A DNA stretch of 23,062 bases, from NCBI GenBank assembly GCA_041694885.1, contig JBGFRX010000015.1, forward strand, positions 1 to 23,062, in the 5' to 3' direction. This DNA is from Candidatus Micrarchaeota archaeon (lineage in GTDB: Archaea > Micrarchaeota > Micrarchaeia > Anstonellales > Bilamarchaeaceae). Positions 8,449-17,150 of the stretch are shown piece by piece. The notes under the pieces are model-generated. The model worked only from the letters and a program-made list of their open reading frames with translations. It had not been told where the DNA came from and ran no database searches. The first letter of the stretch is position 1; each line of letters opens with the position of its first letter. The translations under genes were made by a program, and so were the position numbers.

Positions 8449-9648
8449 TCAGGACTGCCTGTCCCTGTAATCAGCGTACCCGAACTTCCTGACTACGCGC
8501 ACCTTGCCTGTTTTCCTGTTGTAAACCGCTATGGATGGCAGCGTCACGCCGTTGAAAGTCGTATTCTTCACTATCGAATACAGGGCCATGTCCAGGAAAA
8601 CCAGTTTGTCTCGGAGCCTCAGCGGCCTGTCGAACGAATAGTCGCCCATTACATCACCTGCAAGGCAACTAAATCCCCCCAAGCGATATAGATGCTTTTT
8701 CGCACCCGGCTCTCCTGCCCCTATTATGCCCGGCTTGTAAGGCATTATTACCGTATCAGGCATGTGTGCCTCTGCGGAAGTGTCCAATATTGCAATATCC
8801 ATCCCATTCTTCACTATGTCCAGCACGGACGCAACGAGAACCCCGGCGTTCAGCACAGTCGCTTCGCCGGGCTCTAAATATACTTCTTTTATCCCGTATT
8901 TTTCCCTGAAATTATTTATCGTCCTTATCAGCAGTTCTACATCGTAATCCTTCCTTGTGATGTGGTGCCCGCCCCCGAAATTTATCCATTCCATTTTCCG
9001 TATGTATCCGGTATATTTTTTCTCGAATGATTGGAGCACGCGCGCAAAAACATCAGCGCCCTGCTCACAGAGCGCGTGGAAATGCAAACCACTTATCCCG
9101 GAAAGGTCTTCTCCTTTCAGCTGCCTGGACTGCATGCCGAGCCGCGAACCAGGTATGCAGGGATTGTACATACCGGTTTCCACTTCGGCATGACCTGGAT
9201 TAACCCGCAACCCCACCTTTATTTTCTTTCCCGACTTCTCAATTAACGGCCTGTATTTCCTCCATTGCGCAAGGGAATTGAAGACGATATGATCACAGTA
9301 TTTTATTATCTCAGGCATTTCCCTTTCCAGATAAGCAGGGGCGAATGTGTGCACCTCCTTTCCGCATTCCTCGTACGCCAGCCGCGCCTCGTTCAGCGAT
9401 GCGGCGTTCATTCCATGCAGGTATTTCTTTATCAGAGGAAAGGTCGAGTGCACCGCATACGCCTTGAGCGAGTGAAGAATTTTCGCCCCTGTTTTTTTCT
9501 GCACGCAGTCCATGACTTTCAGGTTCTTTTCAATAATGGATTCGCTTATGAGATAACAGGGCGTCTCCATTTTATCCGTAATTGATTTCGGAAACTCCCC
9601 GAGCGCCTCCTTGTCCGTAAGCCACCAGGAAAAACCCATCTTTTTCAC
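8449..9648 (-). CDS. nspC: Carboxy(nor)spermidine decarboxylase (CASDC/CANSDC), PLP-dependent
   Basis: ETPCY, LKA (PLP lysine), GLRVNP, YNPC..GSRLG, HFHALCEQ, NFGGGHHIT, LEPGEA, HMPD, CLAGD, KNTTFNG. The GTG start overlaps the upstream TGA; ATG 9639 is an alternative. Confidence 0.93.
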   Translation of the reverse strand: MKKMGFSWWLTDKEALGEFPKSITDKMETPCYLISESIIEKNLKVMDCVQKKTGAKILHSLKAYAVHSTFPLIKKYLHGMNAASLNEARLAYEECGKEVHTFAPAYLEREMPEIIKYCDHIVFNSLAQWRKYRPLIEKSGKKIKVGLRVNPGHAEVETGMYNPCIPGSRLGMQSRQLKGEDLSGISGLHFHALCEQGADVFARVLQSFEKKYTGYIRKMEWINFGGGHHITRKDYDVELLIRTINNFREKYGIKEVYLEPGEATVLNAGVLVASVLDIVKNGMDIAILDTSAEAHMPDTVIMPYKPGIIGAGEPGAKKHLYRLGGFSCLAGDVMGDYSFDRPLRLRDKLVFLDMALYSIVKNTTFNGVTLPSIAVYNRKTGKVRVVRKFGYADYRDRQS

Positions 9649-10880
9649 TTGGGAAGCTCGCCATTGAATTCCACTTTCACCGAAGGAAGCCCGTATTTGT
9701 CCAATGCCTTCATGAATTCGTCAGGATCGAGCTGCTCCACATTGTAAACCCCCGCGCCCTTCCAGATACCCTTCATTATCATCATCGCGCCTATCATAGC
9801 CGGAACTCCCGTGGTGTAGGAAACCGCCTGCGCTCCTGTCTCCCTGTACGATTCGGCATGGTCGCACACGTTGTAGATGTACATCTTTTTCTTCTTGCCG
9901 TCCTTCACTCCCTCGAACACGCAACCTATTACCGTCTTGCCGGTGTAATTCTTCCCCAACGAGCGGGGGTCCGGAAGAAGTGACTGCACGAACTGGATGG
10001 GCACTATCTTCGTCCCCTTGTAATCCACCTCGTCTATCCTCGTGAGCCCGAGGTTGTGGAGAACTCTGAAGTGCGTGAGGTAATTCTCCGAAAAGGTCAT
10101 CCAGAACCTTATCCTCCTGAGCCCCTTTATATGCCTGACCAAGGATTCTATTTCTTCATGCCAAATAAGGTAGTTTTCGTATTTGCCCACAACCGGGTAA
10201 TCGAATTCGAAATGCACGCATTTCGTATCCATAATCGGCGGCGTTTCGACCCACTTCCCATTTTCCCAGTATTTTCCGTTGTGCAGGAACTCCCTCAAAT
10301 TGATTTCAAGATTGAAATTAGTTGCAAAAATCTTTCCGTGGCTTCCTGCATTGCAGTCCAGTATGTCCACGTAATGTATTTCATCGAAAAGGTTTTTCTG
10401 CGCGTACGCACAATAGACGTTGGAAACCCCGGGGTCGAATCCGCAGCCCAACACAGCCATTATTCCCTTCTTTTTGAATTTCTCATGGTACGCCCACTGC
10501 TCCTTATACTCGAAATGCGCCACGTCCATTGGTTCGTAGTTCGCAGTGTCCAGATAATGCACTCCCGTCTGCAGACATGCCTCCATGATTTTCAGGTCGT
10601 AGAAAGGAAGCGTTATATTCATTACGATATCCGGCTTGAACTCATTTATGAGGCGCACTATGTCCGCAACATCGTTCGCGTCCACCTTCGCAATTTGTAT
10701 GTCCCTCTTGTATCTTTTCTTTATCTCCTGCTTTATTTCTTCGCACCTGCTTAACGTTCTGCTCGCGAGCATTATCTCCCTGAAGACCCCGGGCACCTGG
10801 GCGCACTTGTGCACTGCTACGTTGCCCACTCCACCTGCGCCTATTATCAGCACTCTCCCGTTCATCTTTTTCCCAGCCAT
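9645..10880 (-). CDS. Carboxy(nor)spermidine dehydrogenase (CASDH/CANSDH; saccharopine dehydrogenase family)
   Basis: Rossmann VLIIGAGGVG, YLDTANYEP, GCGFDPG, DCNAGSH, FATNFNxEINLRE, HEEIES, QAVSYTTGVPA. Directly upstream of nspC. GAGGTG precedes ATG 10880. Confidence 0.92.
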   Translation of the reverse strand: MAGKKMNGRVLIIGAGGVGNVAVHKCAQVPGVFREIMLASRTLSRCEEIKQEIKKRYKRDIQIAKVDANDVADIVRLINEFKPDIVMNITLPFYDLKIMEACLQTGVHYLDTANYEPMDVAHFEYKEQWAYHEKFKKKGIMAVLGCGFDPGVSNVYCAYAQKNLFDEIHYVDILDCNAGSHGKIFATNFNLEINLREFLHNGKYWENGKWVETPPIMDTKCVHFEFDYPVVGKYENYLIWHEEIESLVRHIKGLRRIRFWMTFSENYLTHFRVLHNLGLTRIDEVDYKGTKIVPIQFVQSLLPDPRSLGKNYTGKTVIGCVFEGVKDGKKKKMYIYNVCDHAESYRETGAQAVSYTTGVPAMIGAMMIMKGIWKGAGVYNVEQLDPDEFMKALDKYGLPSVKVEFNGELPK

Positions 10881-10918
10881 CCCTGCACCTCTTTTCATTA
10901 ATTTATTCGCGGCGCTGT

Positions 10919-11950
10919 TTAAATATTTATTCCCATTTTTTTTGGTTTCTTCACGCGAAAATCAATCGCTACCTGGACAAGCGCAGGGGAAAACGGCCGC
11001 ACGATCCTCTTGTTTATTATTTCATAATTTTCTTTCGCAAGATGTTTTTCTGTCTTCCTTTTGGCATCAGCAAACGGATTTTTTATGTCCGCAAAAGTGT
11101 AGAAGTGAATCGTGGCGCCGTCTTTTGCCCCAGAATACGCAACAGGCAGAAACTCCTCCGCGTCCCTGGGAAGCGGCATGAGCACCCTGTCGGCCCAATC
11201 AGCGTATTCGCGCGGAACTATCTCCTTCACGTCCCCGCAAATCGCAGTTATATTCTTCATCTTATTCAGCGTAATATTCTTTCTCATGTATTCAACTGCA
11301 GCAGGATTAAGCTCAATTGCAACAAGTTCACAATTTTTTTTCGTTTTCGCGATCACCAATGGAAAAGGGCCAACTCCTGCAAAAAGCGCAAGCACTTTCT
11401 CGCCGTCCTTCACCAACCTCGCAATTCTTTTCCGTTCAAAGCTCAGCCGGGGGGAAAAATACACCTTCGCGACATCCACCATCATTCGCACGCCGTTCTC
11501 CTTGTAAACCGTCCCGGTTCTTTTTTCCCCGAAAATAATCTTCATTTTCCTTGTCCTGTACCTGCCCTCCATTGGCCCCTCCTTTTTCGCGACTACTCTC
11601 ACGTTCGGGTGTACCTTCACCATCGCTTCAGCAATTTTCTTCTCCTTTTTCACGAGCATTTCGGGAATCTCAACAATCGCAATATCTCCTACAAGGTCAA
11701 AGGAACTCATTACTCCGCCGCGTTCCGCGTCGCTCAAAATCCCCAATAGCGCTTCGTCAATATTCTTCGGCTTTCTGCGCAGCGGCTCTGCCGCAATCCC
11801 GACCGCGCCGGCAATTTTTTTTCTTACCGGAATCCAGATTTTCCCTTCTTTCTCAAATACACGGTAAGAGGAATCGTATTCGCCTTTTTTCTTCAGCGAT
11901 AGGATTTTCCCCTGCGCGGATTTTTTTTCAACTGGAATGAAAAGTGCCAA
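10919..11950 (-). CDS. trm5: Trm5/TYW2-family class I SAM-dependent tRNA methyltransferase (m1G37, possibly also wyosine pathway)
   Basis: SFDLVGDIAIV, GRYRTR, KENG, KVYFSPRLSFERKRI, FAGVGPF, ELNPAAVEYM, DRVLMPLP. Likely TTG start at 11950 behind GGTG. Confidence 0.88.
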   Translation of the reverse strand: MALFIPVEKKSAQGKILSLKKKGEYDSSYRVFEKEGKIWIPVRKKIAGAVGIAAEPLRRKPKNIDEALLGILSDAERGGVMSSFDLVGDIAIVEIPEMLVKKEKKIAEAMVKVHPNVRVVAKKEGPMEGRYRTRKMKIIFGEKRTGTVYKENGVRMMVDVAKVYFSPRLSFERKRIARLVKDGEKVLALFAGVGPFPLVIAKTKKNCELVAIELNPAAVEYMRKNITLNKMKNITAICGDVKEIVPREYADWADRVLMPLPRDAEEFLPVAYSGAKDGATIHFYTFADIKNPFADAKRKTEKHLAKENYEIINKRIVRPFSPALVQVAIDFRVKKPKKMGINI

Positions 11951-12112
11951 ACAAACACCGTTATCTGAAATCGGTCGCAAACATTTTTTCTGTGGCCGAT
12001 AAATCCCACTAAAATGGTTTTGCCTTCCTTATCAAAATTCAAGGGTTTTAATGTCCCGGATTATCAGGTATGCCATAGTTTCTGGCTTGGTTTTATCTTT
12101 TATTTAATGATA

Positions 12113-14854
12113 TCATTCCAACACTATGGCCGGCTTCCCAGGCATCGCATTGCGGGCTTTCTCGTGCTTAGCGTCCGCTTCGGAAGCGATTTCCACTCCA
12201 AAGCCCAGCTCCTTTTCCATGAATTCGCGGGCATCGGAAAGCGCCCCTAATTCTTCGTCCGAATCCAGGATTTCAGGAAGCGAAAAAATATTCTTTCCGA
12301 GCTGCTTCACAAAGCGGGGCATTTCGCCAGCTTTCTCCCTGAGCAGCGGCTCTGCCATGCACCTTTTCATCGCCTTCTCGAAATTCTTCTCCACCCGTGC
12401 GATTTCATACGCGGCGCGCTTCCATCCGGACGCAACAAATACGCCTGCCTTTTTCGGTTTTATTCCAGTAAGAGAGGATATTTTCCCCACATCCTCGATG
12501 ATTTTGGAAACCAGCTCCTCGCCCATCTCCGCTTTCCTGTCAATTTGCTTTTCATCAGCGGAAACCATGGTTGCATTTGCAGCGAAGCCCTTCTTGCCAA
12601 GCAGGTGCCATATTTCCTCTGCGAGGTGCGGGGCAAAAGGCGCTATCGCGATTGTCCACTTTTCGAAGAATTCCTTCAGGTGCGGCTCCTTTGCCCTCCT
12701 GAGATACCACGCAAGGTCTGCGCTCGTATCGTAAAGCAGCCTCTTCATCAGTTCCCGGTATTCCAGCCGCTCGTGCATTCCTTCCATGTCCACAAGTCGC
12801 CCGTTCAGCCGTGAAAGCAGCCAGAAGTCGATTTTTTCCTTCGCTGCTTTGGAAGAATGGGAAACGAGCGAAAAGATGTTCCTGAGCCGGGATTCCACTC
12901 CTAAGGCGACCTGCCTGCTGAAATCCGTATCAATGCTCAAATCAGCACCTCCCACTATGCTCAGCCGGACCACATCAGCCCCGTATTCAGCTATCGCCTT
13001 CCTGAGCGGAAGGATGTTTCCAAGGGATTTACTCATCTTCTTCCCTTCCATGAGCACGAAGCCGTTAGCAACTATTTGCTTAGGCCAGTGTTCCTTAGGG
13101 AATATAGCCGCATGGTTGAATATGAAAAAGGTGAGGTGGTTTCTTACGAGGTCCGCGCCGCTGTGCCTCGAATCCAGCGGATACCAATAGAGGAACTCCT
13201 TGCGGAGTTCCCCGGTCTCCAGTTCCGGGTTCCCGGTTTCGCGTCCAAGAAACACGGAATCGAAGAATTTCTCATTCAGTTTTTGCGGGTGGATTTTACC
13301 GAGCATGTGCGCAATAGTATAAAATGCCATGTAAATGGTGGAATCTGAGAGCGATTCTATTATCCGGCTCTTGTCGAATGGGAAAGGGGTTCCAAGTCCT
13401 TGCGCCCTTACGCAGGCCTTTGCCCTGAGCCAGTCAATAGTGTAAAGATAGTCGTCTCTGGTGCGTTCAGGGAGCGTTGCCATCTGCGCAAGACACTCCT
13501 TTGCAAGCCCCTTCCATTTCTCATCCCCATAATCAATGAACCATTGGTTCTTCACCACGTTCACCACTATGCTCGTTCCGCACCTGCAGGAAACCGGGCC
13601 ATTGGCTATTATGTGCAGAGGAAGTGCCCTGTTTTGTTCCATGAGCATGGTGCGCAGTTTCTCCCGTGCCTTCGCAACAGGAAGGCCGTCGTATTCCCTA
13701 TCCCCGGTCTTCATCACTCCCTCATGCACTTCCTTCCTGTACACTTCCGTAGTTGCTTCTTCAGCACGTGGATCGTTCTGGCTTTTCACACCCATCTTTT
13801 CCACAACGTCCTTCGCAGGAATCGCATACCCCTTTATGTCTATTATTACCGGAAGCCCCAATTCCCCTACCTTTCCCAAATCCCTGAGCGCAAGATAATC
13901 GTAGGGCGCATGCGCAGGCACGCTCATCACCGCGCCTGTGCCTTCCCCCGGCTTCACGAAGGTTGCGGGAAATATCGGCACTATAGTGCCAAGCGGGCTT
14001 TCCGCAACTTCGTTTACAATCTCACTTCCCTTAAACCGCTCCACTATCGCGAGCTCGAGCTGCAATTTCAGGTCCTTTGCCGCATCTTCGGCAAGATAGA
14101 TTATTTCGTTCCCATACTTCGCCTTCACGTAAATTACATTCGGATTCACCCAGAGATTCGTGACCCCGAAGAGCGTCTCAGGCCTGTATGTGGAAACGAT
14201 TAATGCGCCCTCGAGGAATTTGAATTTTATCGCAGTGACTTCCTCGATTTCCGGATCCACATCCCCGTTTGTGTCGTGCGCGCTCACTGCGTTGTTATCC
14301 GAAGGGCACCATGGCACAGGATGCTCCCCTATCTTCAGGTAACCAAGTTCCTTAAGCTTTAGGAATTGCCATTCGATGAATTTGTTGAAGTGCGCATCGA
14401 GTGTGTAGAATTTCCTTCTCCAATCAATGGAATAGCCCATCTCTTTCATACCCCGTTCTATCTCCTTGGAGAAGTGCATAACGAGCTCAATTGGTTCCGT
14501 GAGTTTCGCTGCCTCATCCGCACTTATCCCGTATATTTTATCGAAAATCGCGAGCAGTTCCGGGTCCTTTTCCCTCAATTTCCTCGCCATGCTTATTATG
14601 GGCGTTCCGGTTACGTGGAAAGCCATTGGAAAAAGCACGTTGCAGCCCTTCATGCGCCAATATTTCGCGTAAACGTCCGCAACAGTGTATGTCCTTCCGT
14701 GGCCTATGTGCTGGGGCGAATTGGGGTAGGGAAAGGCGGCGGTTATGTACTTCTTTTTCCTTTTCGCGTCCGGATTCGCTTCGTAAACCCTGCTTTTTTC
14801 CCATTCCTTCTGCCATTTCGAATCAAAAGCCCTTAGGTCAATATTCTCATCCAT
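12113..14854 (-). CDS. leuS: Leucine--tRNA ligase, archaeal type
   Basis: AFPYPNSPQHIGH, FPMAFHVTGTPI, TYRPETLFG, GTGAVMSVPAHAPYD (editing domain), IESLSDSTIYMAFY, EFLYWYP, KMSKS, C-terminal AMPGKPAI. GGTGGA precedes ATG 14854. Confidence 0.97.
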   Translation of the reverse strand: MDENIDLRAFDSKWQKEWEKSRVYEANPDAKRKKKYITAAFPYPNSPQHIGHGRTYTVADVYAKYWRMKGCNVLFPMAFHVTGTPIISMARKLREKDPELLAIFDKIYGISADEAAKLTEPIELVMHFSKEIERGMKEMGYSIDWRRKFYTLDAHFNKFIEWQFLKLKELGYLKIGEHPVPWCPSDNNAVSAHDTNGDVDPEIEEVTAIKFKFLEGALIVSTYRPETLFGVTNLWVNPNVIYVKAKYGNEIIYLAEDAAKDLKLQLELAIVERFKGSEIVNEVAESPLGTIVPIFPATFVKPGEGTGAVMSVPAHAPYDYLALRDLGKVGELGLPVIIDIKGYAIPAKDVVEKMGVKSQNDPRAEEATTEVYRKEVHEGVMKTGDREYDGLPVAKAREKLRTMLMEQNRALPLHIIANGPVSCRCGTSIVVNVVKNQWFIDYGDEKWKGLAKECLAQMATLPERTRDDYLYTIDWLRAKACVRAQGLGTPFPFDKSRIIESLSDSTIYMAFYTIAHMLGKIHPQKLNEKFFDSVFLGRETGNPELETGELRKEFLYWYPLDSRHSGADLVRNHLTFFIFNHAAIFPKEHWPKQIVANGFVLMEGKKMSKSLGNILPLRKAIAEYGADVVRLSIVGGADLSIDTDFSRQVALGVESRLRNIFSLVSHSSKAAKEKIDFWLLSRLNGRLVDMEGMHERLEYRELMKRLLYDTSADLAWYLRRAKEPHLKEFFEKWTIAIAPFAPHLAEEIWHLLGKKGFAANATMVSADEKQIDRKAEMGEELVSKIIEDVGKISSLTGIKPKKAGVFVASGWKRAAYEIARVEKNFEKAMKRCMAEPLLREKAGEMPRFVKQLGKNIFSLPEILDSDEELGALSDAREFMEKELGFGVEIASEADAKHEKARNAMPGKPAIVLE
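13214..13241 (-). repeat. Heptamer tandem repeat (4 units) inside leuS
   Basis: Plus strand reads GGTCTCC AGTTCCG GGTTCCC GGTTTCG; it encodes the RETGNPELET segment on the minus strand. Confidence 0.5.
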
Positions 14855-14895
14855 ATTTCCACCGTCGTCTTTGTTCTTGATTCTGTTTCGCATCC

Positions 14896-14915
14896 TTTTT
14901 AAGGTTTAATTTATA
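14896..14915. promoter_or_regulatory. AT-rich divergent promoter between leuS and the membrane-protein array
   Basis: TTTTTAAG (14896-14903) lies about 25 nt upstream of ATG 14926, the spacing expected for a leaderless transcript. TTTAATTTATA (14905-14915) could serve the leuS strand. The intergenic gap is only 71 bp. Confidence 0.45.
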
Positions 14916-14925
14916 CAAACATAGC

Positions 14926-16119
14926 ATGTTTCCCGCAGTGCTTCCTGCGCTTTTAGCCGCTACTTTCTATCAGGGCACGCTCCAGGGCTATTTTGACCAG
15001 ATAGCGCCGCTCATCGGAATCGCGTTCATCGCGAGCGCCGGCTTCACTGCGCTCATGTACATGCTGGGCAACGCGCTCCAGTCCCAGGATGTTCTTGCAA
15101 TTGGAAGGGACAATCTTTCTGCATTGGTCTTTTCCGCGATAATAGTGCTCATGTTCTTCGTGCTTTTCGAGACTTTCTCCACTATAGTGAATGTCATCGC
15201 GTGCGGAGGGACGTGCGTGGACCATGTCCAGGCTGCGCATCAGAGCGTTCTGATGTTGAAAGCGAAGGTATTCTCCCTTTATATGCAGCTCTACTTCTAC
15301 GAATTACTGTTTGGTTTCCTTTCGACTATGGGATTCTCAATCCCCATCCCCGCGCTCTTCCCCCAGACAATGGCAGGGCTACTGATATCAATACCTCAGA
15401 TCTCGTTCACGCCTCTCGCAGGTCTCACGCCGCTCTCGAATGCGCACACGGTGGTCGTCGAGGCAGTGGGAAGCGCGTTCCTCATGGTGCTCCTGCGCCA
15501 GGTGCTGCTCGAATTCATACAGAACTACATGTTCCCCTTCTTCGTTCTGGGCGCAGGGCTACGTGCGTTCGCCTTCACGCGCAGAACCGGCTCAAGCATA
15601 CTCGCACTCGCGGCAGTCGCGTATTTCGTCTATCCGCTTGCAGTGCTGCTCACCAATTATCTCATTTTCGAAGTGTACCAGCCCACTAATTTCGGTGTGG
15701 TTCCAACTGCAGTGGGTTACTGCGAGGACTCAGAAAGCATAAAAAAGCTGGCCACAAGGTTCGAAATAGAGCAGGAAGAGCTCTACAAGGCGAACATACA
15801 GAAAGATTCGTCGAACTGGTTCTCGTTCTGGAATTCCATCGTGAGCGCAGGCGAATTCCTGTTCCACTCCCTTAATTTGATGATAAAGACGCTTTTTTCG
15901 TTCAATGCGCAGTATATCTTCACTCTCATCCTTTCCCCCGTCGCATTCTCGACTTTTTTTGATTTCCTCATAATGGAGATACAGTCGCAGGTGCAGTTCC
16001 TCGTCCTGATATTCGTGTGCTTTTTCATAGAAATAATAATCACGATAACGATGTACCGCGCAGCAGCGGTGCTCGTGGAAGGCGAAGCGGAAATATTCGG
16101 AATAAGCAAGCTCATGTGA
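14926..16119 (+). CDS. Uncharacterised polytopic membrane protein, array paralog 1 of 6 (CedA/VirB6-like by inference)
   Basis: ALMYMLGNALQSQDVLAIGRDNLSALVFS; LGAGLRAFAFTRRTGSSILALAAVAYFVYPL; C-terminus EGEAEIFGISKLM. Confidence 0.85.
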   Translation: MFPAVLPALLAATFYQGTLQGYFDQIAPLIGIAFIASAGFTALMYMLGNALQSQDVLAIGRDNLSALVFSAIIVLMFFVLFETFSTIVNVIACGGTCVDHVQAAHQSVLMLKAKVFSLYMQLYFYELLFGFLSTMGFSIPIPALFPQTMAGLLISIPQISFTPLAGLTPLSNAHTVVVEAVGSAFLMVLLRQVLLEFIQNYMFPFFVLGAGLRAFAFTRRTGSSILALAAVAYFVYPLAVLLTNYLIFEVYQPTNFGVVPTAVGYCEDSESIKKLATRFEIEQEELYKANIQKDSSNWFSFWNSIVSAGEFLFHSLNLMIKTLFSFNAQYIFTLILSPVAFSTFFDFLIMEIQSQVQFLVLIFVCFFIEIIITITMYRAAAVLVEGEAEIFGISKLM

Positions 16120-16126
16120 TAAACGC

Positions 16127-16230
16127 CCAATGCGAAAATGCGAACGCGATGCGGAATGATAAGCAAGAACCAATGCGAAGTGAACTGATGCAATGATAAT
16201 TAATTCCCAATGCGGCGATGCGAATGTGAT
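16127..16230 (+). repeat. Degenerate ~40-bp triple repeat in the spacer between paralogs 1 and 2
   Basis: CCAATGCG at 16127, 16170 and 16207, each followed by GATGC and AATG. ATGCG occurs six times in about 100 bp. Confidence 0.55.
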
Positions 16231-16235
16231 TTGAA

Positions 16236-17150
16236 ATGGAATTCCTTTACCCGACTCTTGTGCCCCTCGTGGGCGCCCTCATGGCATTGATAATAATGGC
16301 GACCTACATCGGGGGAAAAGTATTCCGCATCCCAGAATGGGAGGCATATTTCAATGTGGAGATGCACAGCCTGATTTTCGCAGTGCTGATCATAGGCGCC
16401 GCATTCGCATGCTTCGAGAGCGTGGATGCGATATCCCGTTCGCTGCTGGGTGCTGACCCAATCGAGGCGTCGCAGACGTTCCTGAATACGATATTGAACA
16501 AGGGCGTGCTGCCCATGTACAAGGACCTGCTCGTGATAGAGGCAGGAACTTCGCTGAGCAGCTCGTTCATGCTGCTCATCGGGCCTGTTCCCTGGTCATA
16601 CAAATACAAAGTCGAGCCGGGTGCAGATGCGATTCTTTCCATGGTGAGGATGATGAGTTTCGGCTTGCTCGTGGTTTACACATCCCTCACTGTCCAGTAT
16701 ATGGGCCTGAGTTTCATAAACTTCGGCGCGCCCATAGCGCTTTCTCTTGGAATGCTTCTGTTCATCCTTCCTCCCACACGCGATTCGGGCATTTTCCTCA
16801 TTGCATTAGCGTTCGCGTTCCAGACGATTTTTCCGTTCACCTACGCCCTGAACCAGGTGATATTGAACGACATGGCTTGCGCCCAGCACGGCCTGAACCC
16901 GCCATGCGATTACAAGTACGAGGCATACGTTCCCCAGATGGGAGTTTTCGGCGTGCAGATAAGAGGCGTCTCCTTCTTCTCCTACCTCGTTCCGTTCGCG
17001 ACATACGCGAATTTCCTCCTTCTCATTCCATTCATAAACGCGATAGCGCACCTTGCGCTGATCTCGCTTTTCCTCCCTGCGCTTTCCATAGCATTAACAA
17101 TCGCATTCATGAATGCAGTGGCAAAATTCCTCATGGGTAAGACATCATGA
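16236..17150 (+). CDS. Uncharacterised polytopic membrane protein, array paralog 2 of 6
   Basis: ATYIGGKVFRIPEWEAYFNVEMHSLIFA; LGMLLFILPPTRDSGIFLIALAFAFQTIFPF; C-terminus AVAKFLMGKTS. Stop overlaps the next start (ATGA). Confidence 0.85.
   Translation: MEFLYPTLVPLVGALMALIIMATYIGGKVFRIPEWEAYFNVEMHSLIFAVLIIGAAFACFESVDAISRSLLGADPIEASQTFLNTILNKGVLPMYKDLLVIEAGTSLSSSFMLLIGPVPWSYKYKVEPGADAILSMVRMMSFGLLVVYTSLTVQYMGLSFINFGAPIALSLGMLLFILPPTRDSGIFLIALAFAFQTIFPFTYALNQVILNDMACAQHGLNPPCDYKYEAYVPQMGVFGVQIRGVSFFSYLVPFATYANFLLLIPFINAIAHLALISLFLPALSIALTIAFMNAVAKFLMGKTS

Noticed and set aside
9645..10880. Annotation as a lysine-pathway saccharopine dehydrogenase
   Set aside because: DTANYE and FATNF motifs plus coupling to nspC indicate carboxy(nor)spermidine dehydrogenase.
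16127..16230. Possible mini-CRISPR array (repeats spaced about 40 nt)
   Set aside because: The exact repeat is only 8 bp, the spacers resemble each other, and there are no cas genes in the window.
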